This document shows, in pieces, positions 30,737-41,910 of a stretch of DNA of 64,000 bases. Made by a program: the position numbers and the translations under genes. The notes below the pieces were generated by a model. That model did not search any database. It was not told the DNA's origin and worked only from the letters and a program-made list of their open reading frames with translations. Positions within the stretch are counted from its first letter, which is position 1. Every line of letters starts with the position of its first letter. The stretch spans positions 928,001 to 992,000 of the forward strand of contig CAVTBU010000005.1 of NCBI GenBank assembly GCA_963733035.1, in the 5' to 3' direction. Source of the DNA: Pirellulales bacterium (GTDB taxonomy: Bacteria; Planctomycetota; Planctomycetia; Pirellulales; PALSA-1355).

Positions 30737-31189
30737 TTACGGTGCCGGATACTTCCGTTCAATCTCGGCGATCTTGTCGACGCGGCGGGCATGTCGGCCA
30801 CCTTCAAAGCCGGTCTTAAGCCAGATTTCCACCATCCGATCGATCAGTCGTTCACCGAGCATGTCGGCTGACAGACAGAGCACGTTGAGGTCATTGTGCC
30901 GACGGCTCATTTCCGCCGTCAGGTCGTCGTGGCAGGGAGCCGCACGCACGCCGGGAAACTTGTTTGCGGCAATGCACATCCCGATGCCCGTGCCGCATAT
31001 CAAGATACCGCGGTCGACCGAACCATCGCTCACCTTGCTGCCCACAACCTGCGCGATGTCTGGATAGTCGACGCTCTCAGGCGAATCTGGCCCCACGTCG
31101 ACAACCTCTTGCTGGAGGCGATTGAGTAACTCGATGACTTTGCTCTTGATGACAAAGCCTCGATGATCACTGCCGACGGCGATTCGCAT
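30737..31189 (-). CDS. rpiB: Ribose-5-phosphate isomerase B
   Basis: GSDHRG, DYPD, CGTGIG, HNDLNVL, FEGGRH. Confidence 0.96.
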   Translation of the reverse strand: MRIAVGSDHRGFVIKSKVIELLNRLQQEVVDVGPDSPESVDYPDIAQVVGSKVSDGSVDRGILICGTGIGMCIAANKFPGVRAAPCHDDLTAEMSRRHNDLNVLCLSADMLGERLIDRMVEIWLKTGFEGGRHARRVDKIAEIERKYPAP

Positions 31190-31277
31190 TGGATGTTTTC
31201 TCCGCGAACAAACACGCGGTCCGCCTCGTTTTAACGGCGGTCCCACGGGAACTCTCTCTGTTCCAAATTCTATCTTA

Positions 31278-32399
31278 CTAAAGTTCCAATTCCGCCACGC
31301 GCTGTTCCAGTTCCGCCTTAATCTGCTGGGCACACTGTTCGTAATACTCAATCGGCCCGCCTATTGGATCAGCAATATCGGACTGGTTTTGCGTGAGCAC
31401 AATGGTCCGCGGCAAAGCCTCCGGCCACTGCGCGGCGATCGCCTGCCGATGCGACCGCGTCATCGTCCAAATGATATCGGCATGTCGCACCAGTTGTGCC
31501 GTTAGGGGTTGAGACTCGTGGTCTGCCAATTGCAGCCCCATTTTCGACATGACGCTTACCGCTTCCGGACTGGGTCGCCCACCCATCATGGCCGACAGGC
31601 CCGCCGACATCACCATCACTCCTCGATCGCCGAGTTCGGACGCCTTACAACCCAACTTCTCGGCAATCATCTTCCGGCACATGACCTCGGCCATTGGGCT
31701 GCGACACGTGTTGCCGGTACAAACCAGCAGGATGAGCAGGCTCGACAATCGCCGTAGGGTCTGCTGCGGCACCACGCCTGGACGCAGTACTTCGAAACCC
31801 TTGTCTCCGACTTTGACTACTGTTGACGGCTGACCAAGCCGGCTCTGGCCATCGTCCAGCACTAATTGCACCGCATCGCCCAGTGAGGTTACAACCTCTT
31901 CAGCCGTAATCGGATCCGGGCCGCCAGTCGGGTTAGCGCTAGTCAGCACAATTGGCCCGACGAGCATCCGCAGAATATCGAGCACCATTTGGTGGGCCGG
32001 TACCCGTAGCCCAATATGGCCGCTCGGGCAAACCGCATGCTGAACCGATACGGGAAGGCGACGAATCAGGCTCTCGGGATGACAATCGGGGGCAACGAGC
32101 GTGACAGGCCCAGGCCAGCAGCGGCGGGCCAGTCTGCGACCCAAAGGGCTCAAATCGGGCACGTAGTCCAGCACGTCATCCGCGCTGCGGATGGCCAGCG
32201 TGAGGGGTTTGTTGGCATCGCGGCCCTTGGTTTCCAACACTCGAGCGACCGCCACCTCGCTCAGCGCGCTGGCCGCGAGCCCATAGACCGTTTCGGTAGG
32301 CAGGGCGACCAGTTTGCCCTCGGCCAGAGCCTGGACTGCCCGATGCACCACATCGCGCGAATCGTCGGCGCTGCGGATGTCAATCACAAGGGGGGGCAT
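31278..32399 (-). CDS. TsaC/Sua5 threonylcarbamoyl-AMP synthase fused to a low-molecular-weight (YwlE-like) phosphatase
   Basis: PTETVYGL, WPGPVTL, LRVP, TSAN, PSTVV; then VCTGNTCRS and DIADPIGG. Confidence 0.9.
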   Translation of the reverse strand: MPPLVIDIRSADDSRDVVHRAVQALAEGKLVALPTETVYGLAASALSEVAVARVLETKGRDANKPLTLAIRSADDVLDYVPDLSPLGRRLARRCWPGPVTLVAPDCHPESLIRRLPVSVQHAVCPSGHIGLRVPAHQMVLDILRMLVGPIVLTSANPTGGPDPITAEEVVTSLGDAVQLVLDDGQSRLGQPSTVVKVGDKGFEVLRPGVVPQQTLRRLSSLLILLVCTGNTCRSPMAEVMCRKMIAEKLGCKASELGDRGVMVMSAGLSAMMGGRPSPEAVSVMSKMGLQLADHESQPLTAQLVRHADIIWTMTRSHRQAIAAQWPEALPRTIVLTQNQSDIADPIGGPIEYYEQCAQQIKAELEQRVAELEL

Positions 32400-32787
32400 T
32401 CGGCGAGGGCTCCGTCTGCAGCACGCCTGGCGGCCACTGTCAGGAAATGAAACTGTCAGGAATTGAAAGAGACTGATCGAATTACTGTTGTCCCCATCCA
32501 CCTTCTGGATGCACCGGTTCCGACCCTCCACCGTCGAGCTGAAATCGCTCGCCAGCGTTCGAGGTCTCTAGGCGCAATAGATTACTATAGAGGTTGTTAC
32601 GATCGCTGACAAGCAAATCGAATCAATCGCTTGCCGCACTCTTGGCGGTAAGCTGCTACGATAAAGGAGTGCCGGGGGGGCTGCCAAATCTTGGGGCCCG
32701 CCAGTCGATCACCGTCTCAAATAGGCAACGACTTCTATTGTTCGTTTTCGAAACCCCGATTGATCGAACACAAGGACTCTCCGCCCC

Positions 32788-33792
32788 ATGAGCGTGGCAG
32801 ATAGCATGCAACAGCGGGCCGAGCAGTTCGTGGCTCGTTACGGTGCCGTACGTGAAGAGCTAGGCCGGGTTATCGTCGGACATCACGACATCGTCCACGG
32901 CATTCTCACGTGCTTGTTCGTGGGTGGGCACTGCCTGCTCGAGGGCGTTCCGGGGCTCGGCAAAACGCTACTGGTGCGTACGCTGGCTAAGACTCTGAAC
33001 CTCGATTTTTCACGCATCCAGTTCACGCCGGATCTGATGCCCGCGGATATCCTTGGCACCAACATGGTGATGGAATCGTCCGATGGCAAGCGTTTTTTCG
33101 AATTCCAACGTGGCCCGATTTTCACACAAATCTGCCTGGCTGACGAAGTGAATCGGGCAACGCCCAAGACGCAAAGCGCGATGCTCGAGACCATGCAAGA
33201 AGGCTCGGTAAGCGTTGGTGGCCACGTGTACGAACTGAAGCGTCCATTTTTCGTAATGGCCACACAGAACCCAATCGAGCAGGAAGGCACCTACCCGCTA
33301 CCCGAGGCACAACTAGACCGGTTTCTTTTCAAGCTGGTCGTCGGTTACTCGAGCCGTGAGGAGCTTGGCACGATAGTGGACCGTACCACTCGTGGCGAAC
33401 GCATCGACGCTCGAAAGATTATGGATGGCTCCGAGATCCTTCAATGGCAACAACTAGTGCGCGAAGTGATCCTGGCACCCCACGTGCAGGACTACATCGT
33501 ACGACTGGTATTGGCGACGCATCCCGGAGGCGCGCTGGCGCTTCCAATTACCAATCAGTACCTGCGTTGGGGCGCCAGCCCCCGCGGGGCACAAGCCTTG
33601 GCCCTGGCGTCAAAAGTTCGAGCACTGCTGGAAGGCCGCTACAACGTTAGCTTCGAGGACGTACGCCGGGTCTATCTTCCTGCAATGCGGCATCGCGTGA
33701 TCTTGAATTTCGAGGCGCAGGCCGAGGAGGTCGACACCGACCGAGTGTTACTGGAAATCCTCGAAAAGATCTCCGAGAAGCCGAGCGATTAG
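32788..33792 (+). CDS. moxR: MoxR-family AAA+ ATPase
   Basis: GVPGLGKT, RIQFTPDLMPAD, DEVNR, ATQNPIEQEGTYPLPEAQLDRF, GASPR. Confidence 0.95.
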   Translation: MSVADSMQQRAEQFVARYGAVREELGRVIVGHHDIVHGILTCLFVGGHCLLEGVPGLGKTLLVRTLAKTLNLDFSRIQFTPDLMPADILGTNMVMESSDGKRFFEFQRGPIFTQICLADEVNRATPKTQSAMLETMQEGSVSVGGHVYELKRPFFVMATQNPIEQEGTYPLPEAQLDRFLFKLVVGYSSREELGTIVDRTTRGERIDARKIMDGSEILQWQQLVREVILAPHVQDYIVRLVLATHPGGALALPITNQYLRWGASPRGAQALALASKVRALLEGRYNVSFEDVRRVYLPAMRHRVILNFEAQAEEVDTDRVLLEILEKISEKPSD

Positions 33793-33842
33793 GCAATTGA
33801 ACATCTGTCCGTTCATGCATTTCTCTTCCGATCCAAGCGTTT

Positions 33843-34733
33843 ATGCCAACCGTCGACTCCCCCCTTCTCTCGGCCGAATTCATGGCGCGACTCGAGCGGC
33901 TGGAACTCGTCAGTCGCAAGATATTTCGTGGACGCCTGAAGGGCGAGCGGCGGAGCACGCGCAAGGGACAAAGCGTCGAGTTTGCCGATTTCCGCAGCTA
34001 CGTGCCGGGCGATGACCTGCGATTTATCGATTGGAACACCTATGCCCGGCTCGACCGGCTCTTCCTCAAGATGTTCTTTGAGGAAGAAGATCTGCACTTT
34101 TACGCGTTGATCGACGCGAGTGGCTCGATGGGCTTTGGAGATCCAACGAAGTTGCAGTACGCCACGCAGTTGGCCGCCGCGTTGGGATTCATCGGTCTGG
34201 TGCGGTCAGACCGAGTGCGCATCGAAACGGTTGGTCAACCAGCGGGTCGGGCTGGGCCGGTGTTTCGTGGCCGCGCAAGCGCGTGGCGGATGATGAATTA
34301 CCTGCAAGGCATTGAAGCGGAGCCATCCACTTCGCTGACTCAAGGGATTAAAAACTTCTGTGTCCGCAACACGGGCAAAGGCATTGTCGTCCTACTCAGT
34401 GACCTGTTGGACAAGCAGGGTTATACCGACGGGCTGAAATACCTGCTTTCGCGGCAGATGGATGTCTACGTAGTTCAAGTCCTGTCGGCCGAGGAACTCG
34501 ATCCGCCGATAACCGGCGACCTTAAACTCGTCGACAGCGAAGACCAGGATATTGCGGAAATCAGTGTCGGACCGGCCCTCCTGAAACGCTACAAAAAGTC
34601 ACTGGGTACGTTCGTCGAAAGCGCGCGAGAATTTTGCAATCGTCGCGGCATGAATTACCTGCTCGCCAGCAACCAGGTGCCCGCTGAACAGTTGGTAACA
34701 ACCTACCTACGTCAGCGAGGTCTCGTGCGCTGA
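33843..34733 (+). CDS. DUF58 domain protein
   Basis: GQSVEFADFRSYVPGDDLRFIDWN; DASGSM. Confidence 0.93.
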   Translation: MPTVDSPLLSAEFMARLERLELVSRKIFRGRLKGERRSTRKGQSVEFADFRSYVPGDDLRFIDWNTYARLDRLFLKMFFEEEDLHFYALIDASGSMGFGDPTKLQYATQLAAALGFIGLVRSDRVRIETVGQPAGRAGPVFRGRASAWRMMNYLQGIEAEPSTSLTQGIKNFCVRNTGKGIVVLLSDLLDKQGYTDGLKYLLSRQMDVYVVQVLSAEELDPPITGDLKLVDSEDQDIAEISVGPALLKRYKKSLGTFVESAREFCNRRGMNYLLASNQVPAEQLVTTYLRQRGLVR

Positions 34734-36700
34734 TGTCCCTCATCAATATGCTCAATTGGTGGCAGTGGGCTCTGCTGGGCGCGGTTCCGCCGGCGATCGT
34801 GCTACTGTATTTTCTTAAGCTCAAACGCACGCGGCTAGAAGTTCCCAGCACGTACTTATGGCGCAAATCGATCGAGGATCTGCATGTCAACAGCATCTGG
34901 CAGCGGCTCCGCACGAGTCTACTGCTTCTACTGCAAATCCTGTTCGTGCTCCTGGTCATGTTGGCGCTCGTGCGACCGGGTTGGAGTGGCAGCGAACTAG
35001 TGGGAAGCCGCTATGTGTTTCTCATCGACAACTCCGCCAGCATGCGGTCGACCGACGTAAAACCCACTCGTTTGGACGAGGCCAAACGCCGGGCCGGCGA
35101 ATTGATTGATCAAATGTCGTCGGGCGACGTGGCCATGATCGTCAGCTTTGCTGACTCTGCCCGCGTCGAACAAGTATTCACCGACAACCGTCGCGAATTG
35201 CAACGGCAACTCGCCGCAATTCGCCCGACAAACCATCCGACGGCACTCGGCGAGGCTCTACGCGTTGCGGCCGGTCTGGCCAATTCGGCGAGCGGTTCCG
35301 AGGATTCGGCAACATCAGCATCGCGCGGCCAGTCGGCCACTTTGTACTTATTTAGCGACGGCAAGTTTCCAGACGTGCAGAACTTTAAGCTCGGAAATCT
35401 TAAGCCGGTTTTCGTGCCGATCGGTCAACCGTCGCCACCGAATGTCGCTATTACCGCCTTTACAACACGACGACGCGAGGACGACCAAGAACAGATCCAG
35501 GCGTTCGGTCGCCTACAAAACTTTGGGCCGACGGACCTGAAGGCCGACGTCGAACTCTACCACGATAACGCATTGCTCGACTCGACCATCGTCGCGATCA
35601 AGTCGCTGGACGCCGAAAGCGTCGTGTTTGACCTCGGAAAAATGCCCAATGGCGTGCTCCACCTTCGCACGCGTACCGGAGGCGATCTGGCCGTTGACGA
35701 CGAAGCGTGGGCGGCCATTGATCCGCCCCAGCGAAGTCGCGTGCTGGTGGTAACGCCAGGCAACGATGCTTTGCAGTTGGCCATCGGCACCGAGAGCGGC
35801 GCTAAATTAGCCGACATTGAGACGGCCCCGCCCGAAATCCTGGACACACAGGAATACCAGGAAAAAGCAGCGGAGGGCTACTATGCGCTGGTCATTTACG
35901 ACCAGTGCCGGCCAGACAAAATGCCCCAAGCCAACACCCTGTTCATCGGCCGGCTCCCACCGGACGACTCCTGGGCAGCCGCGACGGATGCACCAACTGA
36001 AGCGCCGCAAATCATCGATGTCGAAGTCACGCATCCCCTGATGCAGCTAATCGACTTGGGCAATGTTCGATTTGCCGAAGGGACGATCCTCAAAGCACCC
36101 CGCGGCAGCACACCTTTGATCACAACCACGGCTGGCCCGCTGTTCGTTATCGCGCCTCGCGGCGCGTTCGAGGACGCGATCCTTGGCGCTGAAATTGTCG
36201 GAACCAATGAACAAGGCCAGCGATACGCCAACACGGATTGGCCGCTTCGAGTCAGCTTCCCCGTGTTCATCTTGAACACGCTGGCCTATTTCGGCAATGC
36301 GGCCGGCGCAGGGGGCATTCCCAGCGTACTACCCGGTCAAGTTGTGTCGCTGCACGGTGCTGGCTCAACAGGCGAACTGGTGGTTCGAACGCCCGTCGGC
36401 AATGCCATTGAACTCGACCGGGCAGGTGGTGAGAACGTCCAGTTTAGCGATACCGATGAGCCAGGAATCTACACGGTCGAGGAGGCTGGCCAAGCGCCGC
36501 GTCACTTCGCCGTGAACTTGTTCGATTCGGCGGAGAGCAGCATCGCCCCCCGCTCCGAGCTGCGGATTGGCTATGAAGACGTGATCGGTCAGGCAAGCTG
36601 GGAGGGGGGGCGGTTTGAGCTTTGGAAGCCTCTTTTGCTGGCGGTACTAGGCGTTCTGTGCCTGGAGTGGTACATATATAACCGTCGGGTGTCTGTATGA
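34733..36700 (+). CDS. BatA/VWA domain membrane protein
   Basis: BatA N-terminus VPSTYLW, MIDAS DNSASM..LFSDG, C-terminal TM ..LEWYIYNRR. Confidence 0.9.
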   Translation: MSLINMLNWWQWALLGAVPPAIVLLYFLKLKRTRLEVPSTYLWRKSIEDLHVNSIWQRLRTSLLLLLQILFVLLVMLALVRPGWSGSELVGSRYVFLIDNSASMRSTDVKPTRLDEAKRRAGELIDQMSSGDVAMIVSFADSARVEQVFTDNRRELQRQLAAIRPTNHPTALGEALRVAAGLANSASGSEDSATSASRGQSATLYLFSDGKFPDVQNFKLGNLKPVFVPIGQPSPPNVAITAFTTRRREDDQEQIQAFGRLQNFGPTDLKADVELYHDNALLDSTIVAIKSLDAESVVFDLGKMPNGVLHLRTRTGGDLAVDDEAWAAIDPPQRSRVLVVTPGNDALQLAIGTESGAKLADIETAPPEILDTQEYQEKAAEGYYALVIYDQCRPDKMPQANTLFIGRLPPDDSWAAATDAPTEAPQIIDVEVTHPLMQLIDLGNVRFAEGTILKAPRGSTPLITTTAGPLFVIAPRGAFEDAILGAEIVGTNEQGQRYANTDWPLRVSFPVFILNTLAYFGNAAGAGGIPSVLPGQVVSLHGAGSTGELVVRTPVGNAIELDRAGGENVQFSDTDEPGIYTVEEAGQAPRHFAVNLFDSAESSIAPRSELRIGYEDVIGQASWEGGRFELWKPLLLAVLGVLCLEWYIYNRRVSV

Positions 36701-36817
36701 CCCGCCAGTCAGTCAAAGTTTTGTTTCGCGTATCATCCAGTCCCCCGCTCGCAAGTCAAACCTCCCTAGCACAAGCCTGCGAACTTTGATCAAGTTCGCT
36801 TTTGGCAGGAGTATCGA

Positions 36818-37558
36818 ATGATTCGTAACGCACTTTTGCCTCGTCCACAAAAGAGCAAGACATCCAATCGACAACGCCGACGAAAGATTCTCAAACTTGT
36901 CGAAAACGACCTGATCAATCGGGTCAGCTACGAACAATATCGAGAGAAAGTCCGCGATGTTTATGGAGGACGACAGGGAGCCCTTTTGGCTACCGCTAGC
37001 TTTCTGTCGCTCCACATTCATCTTGGTGATCGCTTGCTGCGGGAGCGTCATTTCGACTTGCACGGTGTGCACAACATTCTCGACGTCGGTAGCGGCGCGG
37101 GCCAAATTGCCAAACACTTGCTCAAGTACGCCGACCCGGAAGCGAGGATTACCTGCTGCGATTTATCGCCAGAAATGCTACGCCGCGCGCGCAATCGACT
37201 AAAGAGTCATCTCCCCAGTCATGTCGCGGCCGACTTGTCGAGCTTGCCGTTTGCCGATGAAAGCTTCGACTGTATCACCTGCGGCTACGTCCTGGAACAT
37301 CTGCCCGAAGCACGGCCGGGTCTCGCCGAAATGGCCCGCGTCTTGCGGCCCGGTGGCAGGATGCTGCTTCTGACCACCGAAGATAACTTCTCGGGTGCGT
37401 GGACCAGCCGTTTTTGGTGTTGCCGTACCTACAACCGCGCGGAACTGCGACGCACGTGTGACGATCTCGAGTTGACTTGGAAGAAAGAACTTTGGTTCAC
37501 TCGCATGCACAAGTTGCTGCGAGCGGGCGGCATCTGCGTCGAGATTGAAAAACGTTAA
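36818..37558 (+). CDS. Class I SAM-dependent methyltransferase
   Basis: ILDVGSGAG, DLSPEML, LPFADESFD, RVLRPGG. Confidence 0.9.
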   Translation: MIRNALLPRPQKSKTSNRQRRRKILKLVENDLINRVSYEQYREKVRDVYGGRQGALLATASFLSLHIHLGDRLLRERHFDLHGVHNILDVGSGAGQIAKHLLKYADPEARITCCDLSPEMLRRARNRLKSHLPSHVAADLSSLPFADESFDCITCGYVLEHLPEARPGLAEMARVLRPGGRMLLLTTEDNFSGAWTSRFWCCRTYNRAELRRTCDDLELTWKKELWFTRMHKLLRAGGICVEIEKR

Positions 37559-38286
37559 CTATCGCGATGACTGTGCCCGTCGTCGCCGTGGCTCAATAGC
37601 AGCCATCGTTTGTCGCGGTTTTCTTCGATTACTCGCCGGATCGCTTGCTCTTGGTTTATCAGCGCTTTTTCGGCCGATTGTCGGACGCGCCGGTCCGCAA
37701 GGAAGTGCGCAAACCGTGGCGCATCGGTCAAAATCTCTTGCTGGAGCCGCTGGCGAACGAGCGTGGTGCCGTCGGGATTCTTCTCAAACCGGACGCGCAT
37801 CTCGTATTGCAAGAGTCTCTCCGTAGGACGCGCTAGTGTGACGTCGGAATATACCTGGTCGGGTTCAATTGTCACGTCTTGGTCTAGCGAGACGACGTGC
37901 TGCCCAATGTACGCGTCGCGGGTGCGAACCTCCAGCGTTCCGTGCAGTTCTAACTTCCACGGCATGTTCCTGAGTCGCAATGCGTCGATCCCCCCGCCGA
38001 TCGTGTTCCAATGCTGCGCAATGAATTGGCTATCGCCGGTCATCGCGACGATCTGCTTCGTCGCGTCCGTCCGCACCAGAATCTTGCGGACTTTCACAAA
38101 ATCCACATCGACGGAAAACGACCGTTCCACCGTTTGTACGGTTGCGTAGGTGCGGCCTACAGCAAGACTGCCAAATACCACGATGACGCCCCCCAGCAAC
38201 AGTGCGCACCCTACGGCGTACAACAGTATTGTCTTGCGCGATTTACGAGCGCCAGCTCGGCTGGTTGAAAAAGTTATGGTACCCAA
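37555..38286 (-). CDS. Hypothetical membrane-anchored protein, possibly START/SRPBCC-like fold
   Basis: N-terminal TM, beta-rich body, long C-terminal helix; fills the gap after the metallophosphoesterase. Confidence 0.6.
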   Translation of the reverse strand: MGTITFSTSRAGARKSRKTILLYAVGCALLLGGVIVVFGSLAVGRTYATVQTVERSFSVDVDFVKVRKILVRTDATKQIVAMTGDSQFIAQHWNTIGGGIDALRLRNMPWKLELHGTLEVRTRDAYIGQHVVSLDQDVTIEPDQVYSDVTLARPTERLLQYEMRVRFEKNPDGTTLVRQRLQQEILTDAPRFAHFLADRRVRQSAEKALINQEQAIRRVIEENRDKRWLLLSHGDDGHSHRDS

Positions 38287-38300
38287 CTCGCTTTCTCTCG

Positions 38301-39467
38301 TCAGGGGTTCGCCCGAAGTACGAGCTTCGTTATTTCAGGACGGCAATTCATGCGATAGGGAAACAAACTGGCCGTTCCACGGCTAACGTGGAGCAGCGTC
38401 GGCTCGCTGGCAAAAAAGCCGCAGGAATACTTCGTGCCGTGCCAACTGGGGCAAATGACTGGTCCAACGAGTGGAAATCGGATCTGGCCGCCATGTGTGT
38501 GCCCCGCCAACATCAGGTCGAAACCATGTTGTCGAGCCCAACCCAGCTGATCGGGGGAGTGCGACAGAAGTAGCTTGAGGTGATCATCGGGTAGTTGCGT
38601 GATTGACGGAGCCGCATGCCGAAACCAGGGGCGCTCGTTTCCTGCCACCACGATTGGAGCATCCGCAAGCGACTCCAATCGTCCGCCGACGTCGGTGAAT
38701 CCTGCCTCCTGCATTGTGGCGCGAAGTCGCTGCACATCGTGCGTGCGCAGATCGTGATTTCCGAGTATGAATAGTTTCGATAGTCGCGCGCGCATTTGTC
38801 CCAGCGTCTCAGGAATCCAATCGATGAAACGAGCCTTGTCGCATACGTCTCCTGTCAGCGCGACCAAGTCCACTTCCATCGCGTTGGCGATTCTCACCAC
38901 TTCGTCGAAATACGCGCGTTCAATTCTCGGGCTGAAATGCAGGTCGGAGATGTGGCAAATCGCCAATCCATCAAGCGACGCCGGCAAGGCCGACACGGCG
39001 ATTTCATATTCCACGACGTGCAACTGCCAAAGTTGATTAAATGGGATTTTGCAAAACAGGCGAGTCCTAGGGCTCGTCGTTGGCACTTCTCCAATTCGCT
39101 GGCAGAGGTCAACAATCGTCTCGCTACCCTCGGTCACGCTTGCCAAGGGTTGAAGGGAACGCAGTCGCCACCAGGTCCATAGTGGAACGTGAACCGCTCC
39201 ATATGCCGCACAGAAGGCAGTATAAGCCGTGGCCCAATTTACCGGCGGCATCGTGCCCGTCGACCACCAGCGGCCAGAATTGTCGGCGACGAATTGCCAG
39301 GCTACAAGTGACGGTAAACCCAATAGCGCGGCGTAGAAAACCAACGTTACACTCTTGACCAGCTTGCGCGGAAAGCCGGTGCCGTGCCAGCGGTTAACGA
39401 CGCCGACCCACAAGGCCGCGTGACCGAGGAGTGCAAGCGAGATTAGTCCGATGGTCACGACCATCAT
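38301..39467 (-). CDS. Membrane metallophosphoesterase (YkuE/YaeI-like)
   Basis: SDLH, TGD, GNHD, SH, GHTHGGQ motifs; 3 N-terminal TMs. Confidence 0.92.
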   Translation of the reverse strand: MMVVTIGLISLALLGHAALWVGVVNRWHGTGFPRKLVKSVTLVFYAALLGLPSLVAWQFVADNSGRWWSTGTMPPVNWATAYTAFCAAYGAVHVPLWTWWRLRSLQPLASVTEGSETIVDLCQRIGEVPTTSPRTRLFCKIPFNQLWQLHVVEYEIAVSALPASLDGLAICHISDLHFSPRIERAYFDEVVRIANAMEVDLVALTGDVCDKARFIDWIPETLGQMRARLSKLFILGNHDLRTHDVQRLRATMQEAGFTDVGGRLESLADAPIVVAGNERPWFRHAAPSITQLPDDHLKLLLSHSPDQLGWARQHGFDLMLAGHTHGGQIRFPLVGPVICPSWHGTKYSCGFFASEPTLLHVSRGTASLFPYRMNCRPEITKLVLRANP

Positions 39468-39651
39468 GGGCTGTCCCGAGGGTTAGCAGTCCGTTAAGAA
39501 TGCCTTCGCGACATCCCTCAACCTGTCCAGTTACCGAGCCAACGCCGGCACGACTCGAATACCAAGGACCGGCGTCGCTATTTTGTCCTGGAGTTCGTAC
39601 GACGGCACAGTACCCGTCTAGTGCGTGCTGCTAGCGAAAGCTGGCGGCCGC

Positions 39652-41440
39652 CTAGCGCTGCCGAACCGGCTCGCCTTGCTTGGTGGCCGGCTCATTGCTG
39701 TTGGCGGATGGTTCGATCTTGCCGGTCACCTCCTGCTCAGCCCGCGGACGTACAATGCGTTCGACGGTGTCGAGCAGTTGATCGAGCCGGAACGGCTTGC
39801 ACAGTTCGCCGTACAACGGCAGTTTTGCCTGGCGGGCTTTGACAATCGAGTGTCCCGGATCGTAGCCAAAACCGGTCATTAGCACGAGCGGAACCGGATC
39901 CATGATTTCCTGCAGCTTGAGCAACAATTCATAGCCCGTCATGTCAGGTAATCGAATATCGACTAGGATCACGTCGTAGTTTCCTTCCATCGCCACGTTG
40001 CGAACCATGTAGATCGCTTCGCCGCCGTCGTGGGCCGTCTCGACAATGCAGCCGTATCGCTCCAACAGGTTGTGTGCCGCGCTTCGCACGCTTTCGTCAG
40101 CATCTACCACCAGCACGCGGCGACCTCGCAGCAGGGCCCGACCTTCAGCCTGTTCGACATCCGGGTGCGCCTGAACAGGCGCCATCTTCTGCCCGACGTG
40201 CTGGATAAGCTGCTTGATATCGCGAGCATTGCGCAGAATCGCCTGCAATCGTTCAACGACTTCCGGCTCGTGACCGATGTAGCGCTCCATGATGTTGACG
40301 GCGTCGTTCAGAATGTCATCAACCGGAAGCGCCACCGCACTGTGGATGGCCTCGACACTCTCCTGCGCCGTGGTCACTTTCTCAGCCCGCAGTAGTTCAA
40401 GCGTGTTAAGGGCCACGGCTACGTCGCGGGTGAATATCTCCAGGAACTGCAAGTCGCTCTCGCTGAATGCCCTCAGTTCGGGGCTTTCGACGTTGAACGT
40501 GCCAATCACCTCGTCATGCAAGATCAGCGGCACTGTCAACGAACTACGGGCGCCGCGACAACCCTCGAGGTACAAGGGGTCCGCGGCCGTGTCTTCGCAC
40601 AGGTAGCTCTTCCCGGTCGCGGCGACGAAACCGGTCACACCGTTGTTTTGCGGTCGAGCGAAGAGGTCGCGACCAGCGGCTTCCGGTATGATCCCCACTG
40701 CCAACAGCGGCTCTAGCTTGCCGCTACGGCCATCGAGCAGTCGAATCTCCACGACGTCGAAATGCAGCAGGTCCTTGGTGAAGTGCAGGATGTTTTTCTT
40801 CAACAACTCGATGCGCTCTTCCACCGACATGACCGAGAGTTCCTCGGGCATCAGGTCGGCCAACTCGACGCCAGCCTGATGGATCGCGGCCAGCTTTTGC
40901 TGCTGCAACATCTCAGTCGTCACGTCGCGCACGGTAACGATCAAATGTTGCGGTGCCTGGTCCCCTTCGAAGACCGGCGCTGCATGCACCTGAAAGTAAC
41001 GATTTTCGCCCGAACGCAAAGTCGAAGTGCTCGAACGCGCCGTGGCCAAGGCCGTGTGGAAGGGACAGAAATCGGGACCAAGGATTTCGGGACTTCCCAG
41101 CACCGTGTAGAAGTTCGACCCGACGACCGACTCGCGAACCGTCCACTCGCGCAAGCGACCGTTGCCCCAGACGATCGTATTTTCGGCGTCCAGAACGACG
41201 ATTCCGTCGGGCATCCCCTCCAAAATCCGCTCATTCTGCAACAGCCGACCAATCTGAAATGCGTCGCCGAGATGCTCGGCCCCGACGTAAAGACCGGCAA
41301 ATGACTCGCGCAAGCCGACTTAGCGCCCGCAACGGACTCTGTACCTGAACTACTTCGAACGCATTTTGCAGTTCGTCTAGCAGTTGCTGCTGCCGAGGTC
41401 GAGAATCACCGACAAAAAGCAGTTTGGGTTTTGCCGACAA
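39652..41440 (-). CDS. PAS-GAF-REC signalling protein; apparent indel at about 41309
   Basis: PAS (ILEGMPDGIVVLD), GAF (GVTGFVAATG..SSLTVPL..GTFNVES), REC (VLVVD..DIRLPDMTG..MTG..KP). The N-terminal part is in the other frame, with TTG 41440 and a GGAG RBS. Confidence 0.85.
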
Positions 41441-41910
41441 AATCGGATACTCCAACCGAGAGAACTCCAGCGTCATTATAGGAGTCACCCAAACCCTGAA
41501 CAACCACTGCCGCTAATCGACGTTTTCAACATTCGCTCCTCTGAGAGAATCGGTGCTCATCGCGGGGATTATTGATGCCGTCGCAGGTTTGGTTGATTTT
41601 TCCGTTTGAACCTGAAATGAGCGGCACGGAAAAACGCTGTGGCTGGCGCAGCCGTTGTCAGCGGCGCTCCCCTCGGCCATTCCGGGAAAAAGAGCGTCTC
41701 GTGGACGTTTGTGCCGGGGATGTGCGACTTAGCCTCGCATCCGCCGCGCCTTCGTTGGAAACCATATAAGCCCGTCACAAGGCAGTCGTTATGACGGCCG
41801 TAGCTCTGCTGGCACTACAGTCCAGAGGATAGTTGCGACGATCTAGTCTCCAGGGCTCGTAACCACGCACGGCCGCCGCCTCGGAAGGCCGATGGGGAGA
41901 CACTAGCAAT

